From Candidatus Micrarchaeia archaeon (GTDB lineage Archaea > Micrarchaeota > Micrarchaeia > Micrarchaeales > CABMGC01): a stretch of 55,918 bases of DNA. Under the pieces are notes generated by a model. It was not told the origin of the DNA. It did not search any database and saw only the letters and a list, made by a program, of their open reading frames with translations. Position 1 is the stretch's first letter; each line of letters begins with the position of its first letter. Made by a program: the position numbers and the translations under genes. Location: contig JBMFIM010000003.1 of assembly GCA_049976305.1 (NCBI GenBank), positions 1 through 55,918 of the forward strand, in the 5' to 3' direction. Positions 55,009 to 55,918 of this stretch are shown piece by piece.

Positions 55009-55704
55009 CTACTTCTGCTCCTCTTTCTTTGGCCTGGTATAGGTATCTTTGATTTCTACTTTTTCTATAGAGTCCATGTATGTAAATACGTAAGTCGGCA
55101 ATGAGCTTTTCTTTGCCTCATACTCAGCGGTTTTCTCTTGCGTGTTGAATTCTATTTTTGCTGTTTTTGTTGCAGGATCAATGCTAACGCTGCTTGGCGT
55201 TATCCCTAGCTTTTCGGCTATCGCCTTTATTTTGTCTTCGTCTTTGTCAAGCTTTTCTGTAACTTTTATCTTGTACTTGAGCGATTCGCCAGCAAGCGGA
55301 TTGTTTTCATCAACAATGACCCTGCCAGAGTTAACGCTTTTTACCACCGCCTCCACGCCGTCCAAGCTTATCACCATGCCCGGATATGGGTCTATGTCCC
55401 TTTTCCTAAACTCAGAAAGTGCGATGACCTTTACCAGCGACGGGTCCCTTTCGCCGAAGGCGTCTTTAGGCTCCACTACTATCTCCTTTTCCTCGTTTAC
55501 GTTCATTTTCTTAAGGGCCTCATCGACGCCCTTTACAACATCCCTTTTGCCCACTACCACCAAAACCGGCACATACTTGGTGCCTTCGCTGTATATTCCG
55601 TTTTCCTTTGCCAGTTGCTCATTCGTAGTTTCCAACAGCTGGTTGTCTGCGACTCTCCAGACGCTGTAGTCTATCTTTACAAAGTCTCCATCAGATAATG
55701 CCAA
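55009..55704 (-). CDS. slyD: FKBP-type peptidyl-prolyl isomerase (long SlyD type)
   Basis: GDFVKIDY, ETT, AFGERD, GRV.VD.NNPLAG; TTG start with SD AGGTGA. Confidence 0.92.
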   Translation of the reverse strand: MALSDGDFVKIDYSVWRVADNQLLETTNEQLAKENGIYSEGTKYVPVLVVVGKRDVVKGVDEALKKMNVNEEKEIVVEPKDAFGERDPSLVKVIALSEFRKRDIDPYPGMVISLDGVEAVVKSVNSGRVIVDENNPLAGESLKYKIKVTEKLDKDEDKIKAIAEKLGITPSSVSIDPATKTAKIEFNTQEKTAEYEAKKSSLPTYVFTYMDSIEKVEIKDTYTRPKKEEQK

Positions 55705-55741
55705 ATAACTCACCTGCTTTTATTTTGTGCTTTATATTTAT

Positions 55742-55918
55742 AAAAGTGAGCGGGAAAACCCATGATTTCGATCGTGGGATGAAAGCGAACAGAAGAATAT
55801 ATAGACTTTTACAGTGCAATAAATATGTCGCCATGAGAACAGCATATAAATATCGTGCGTATCCTTCAATGAAGCAGAAAGAAACACTGAACAAGCAGAT
55901 GTATCTTGCAAAGGAACT
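55742..55918 (+). mobile_element. IS200/IS605-family element (IS1341-type, tnpB only), left end; partial
   Basis: Subterminal hairpin CCCATGAT-TTCG-ATCGTGGG (55759-55778) in a GGAAAACCCA...GTGGGATGAAAGCGAAC context, followed directly by tnpB; exact left boundary is approximate. Confidence 0.8.
55833..55918 (+). CDS. tnpB: RNA-guided endonuclease TnpB (N-terminus, partial)
   Basis: MRTAYKYRAYPSMKQKETLNKQMYLAKE matches the IS605 OrfB HTH start (AYKYRxYPxxxQxxxL). Confidence 0.85.
   Translation, partial: MRTAYKYRAYPSMKQKETLNKQMYLAKE

Noticed and set aside
1-55918. CRISPR array, rRNA genes, prophage or provirus
   Set aside because: No regularly spaced repeats, rRNA-like tracts, integrase or capsid genes were seen.

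Overview
Gene-dense archaeal chromosome segment, most consistent with a DPANN archaeon of the Micrarchaeota. This assignment is an inference from archaeal information-processing genes, tRNA introns at non-canonical positions, many QxxxE-type class III pilins and near-zero intergenic space. It holds about 60 CDS. Housekeeping genes include htpX, nac, truD, rnz, trxB, dinB, fibrillarin, rtcB, pelota, rpl21e, alaXM, rpoE1, spt4 and slyD. Lipid genes include a tetraether synthase Tes-type radical SAM enzyme, a GGGP synthase, GDPD, PAP2 and DedA. There are also glycan genes, a type IV pilus operon, an orphan soluble histidine kinase, six tRNAs (two with 12-nt BHB introns), an SRP RNA abutting tRNA-Ser(GCT), and the left end plus tnpB start of an IS200/IS605-family element at the right edge. 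The most notable unexplained signals are: (1) a stand-alone single-repeat 'half' TATA-binding protein; (2) three TATA-preceded, U-tract-followed structured non-coding elements (1063-1162, 2173-2248, 54039-54075) that each leave a CACC/CCACC anti-Shine-Dalgarno-like motif unpaired; (3) Tes translationally coupled to a cysteine-less HMA-like protein; (4) several enzyme folds with substituted catalytic residues; (5) an SRP RNA apparently lacking helix 6. All calls were made by eye; no database searches were run.
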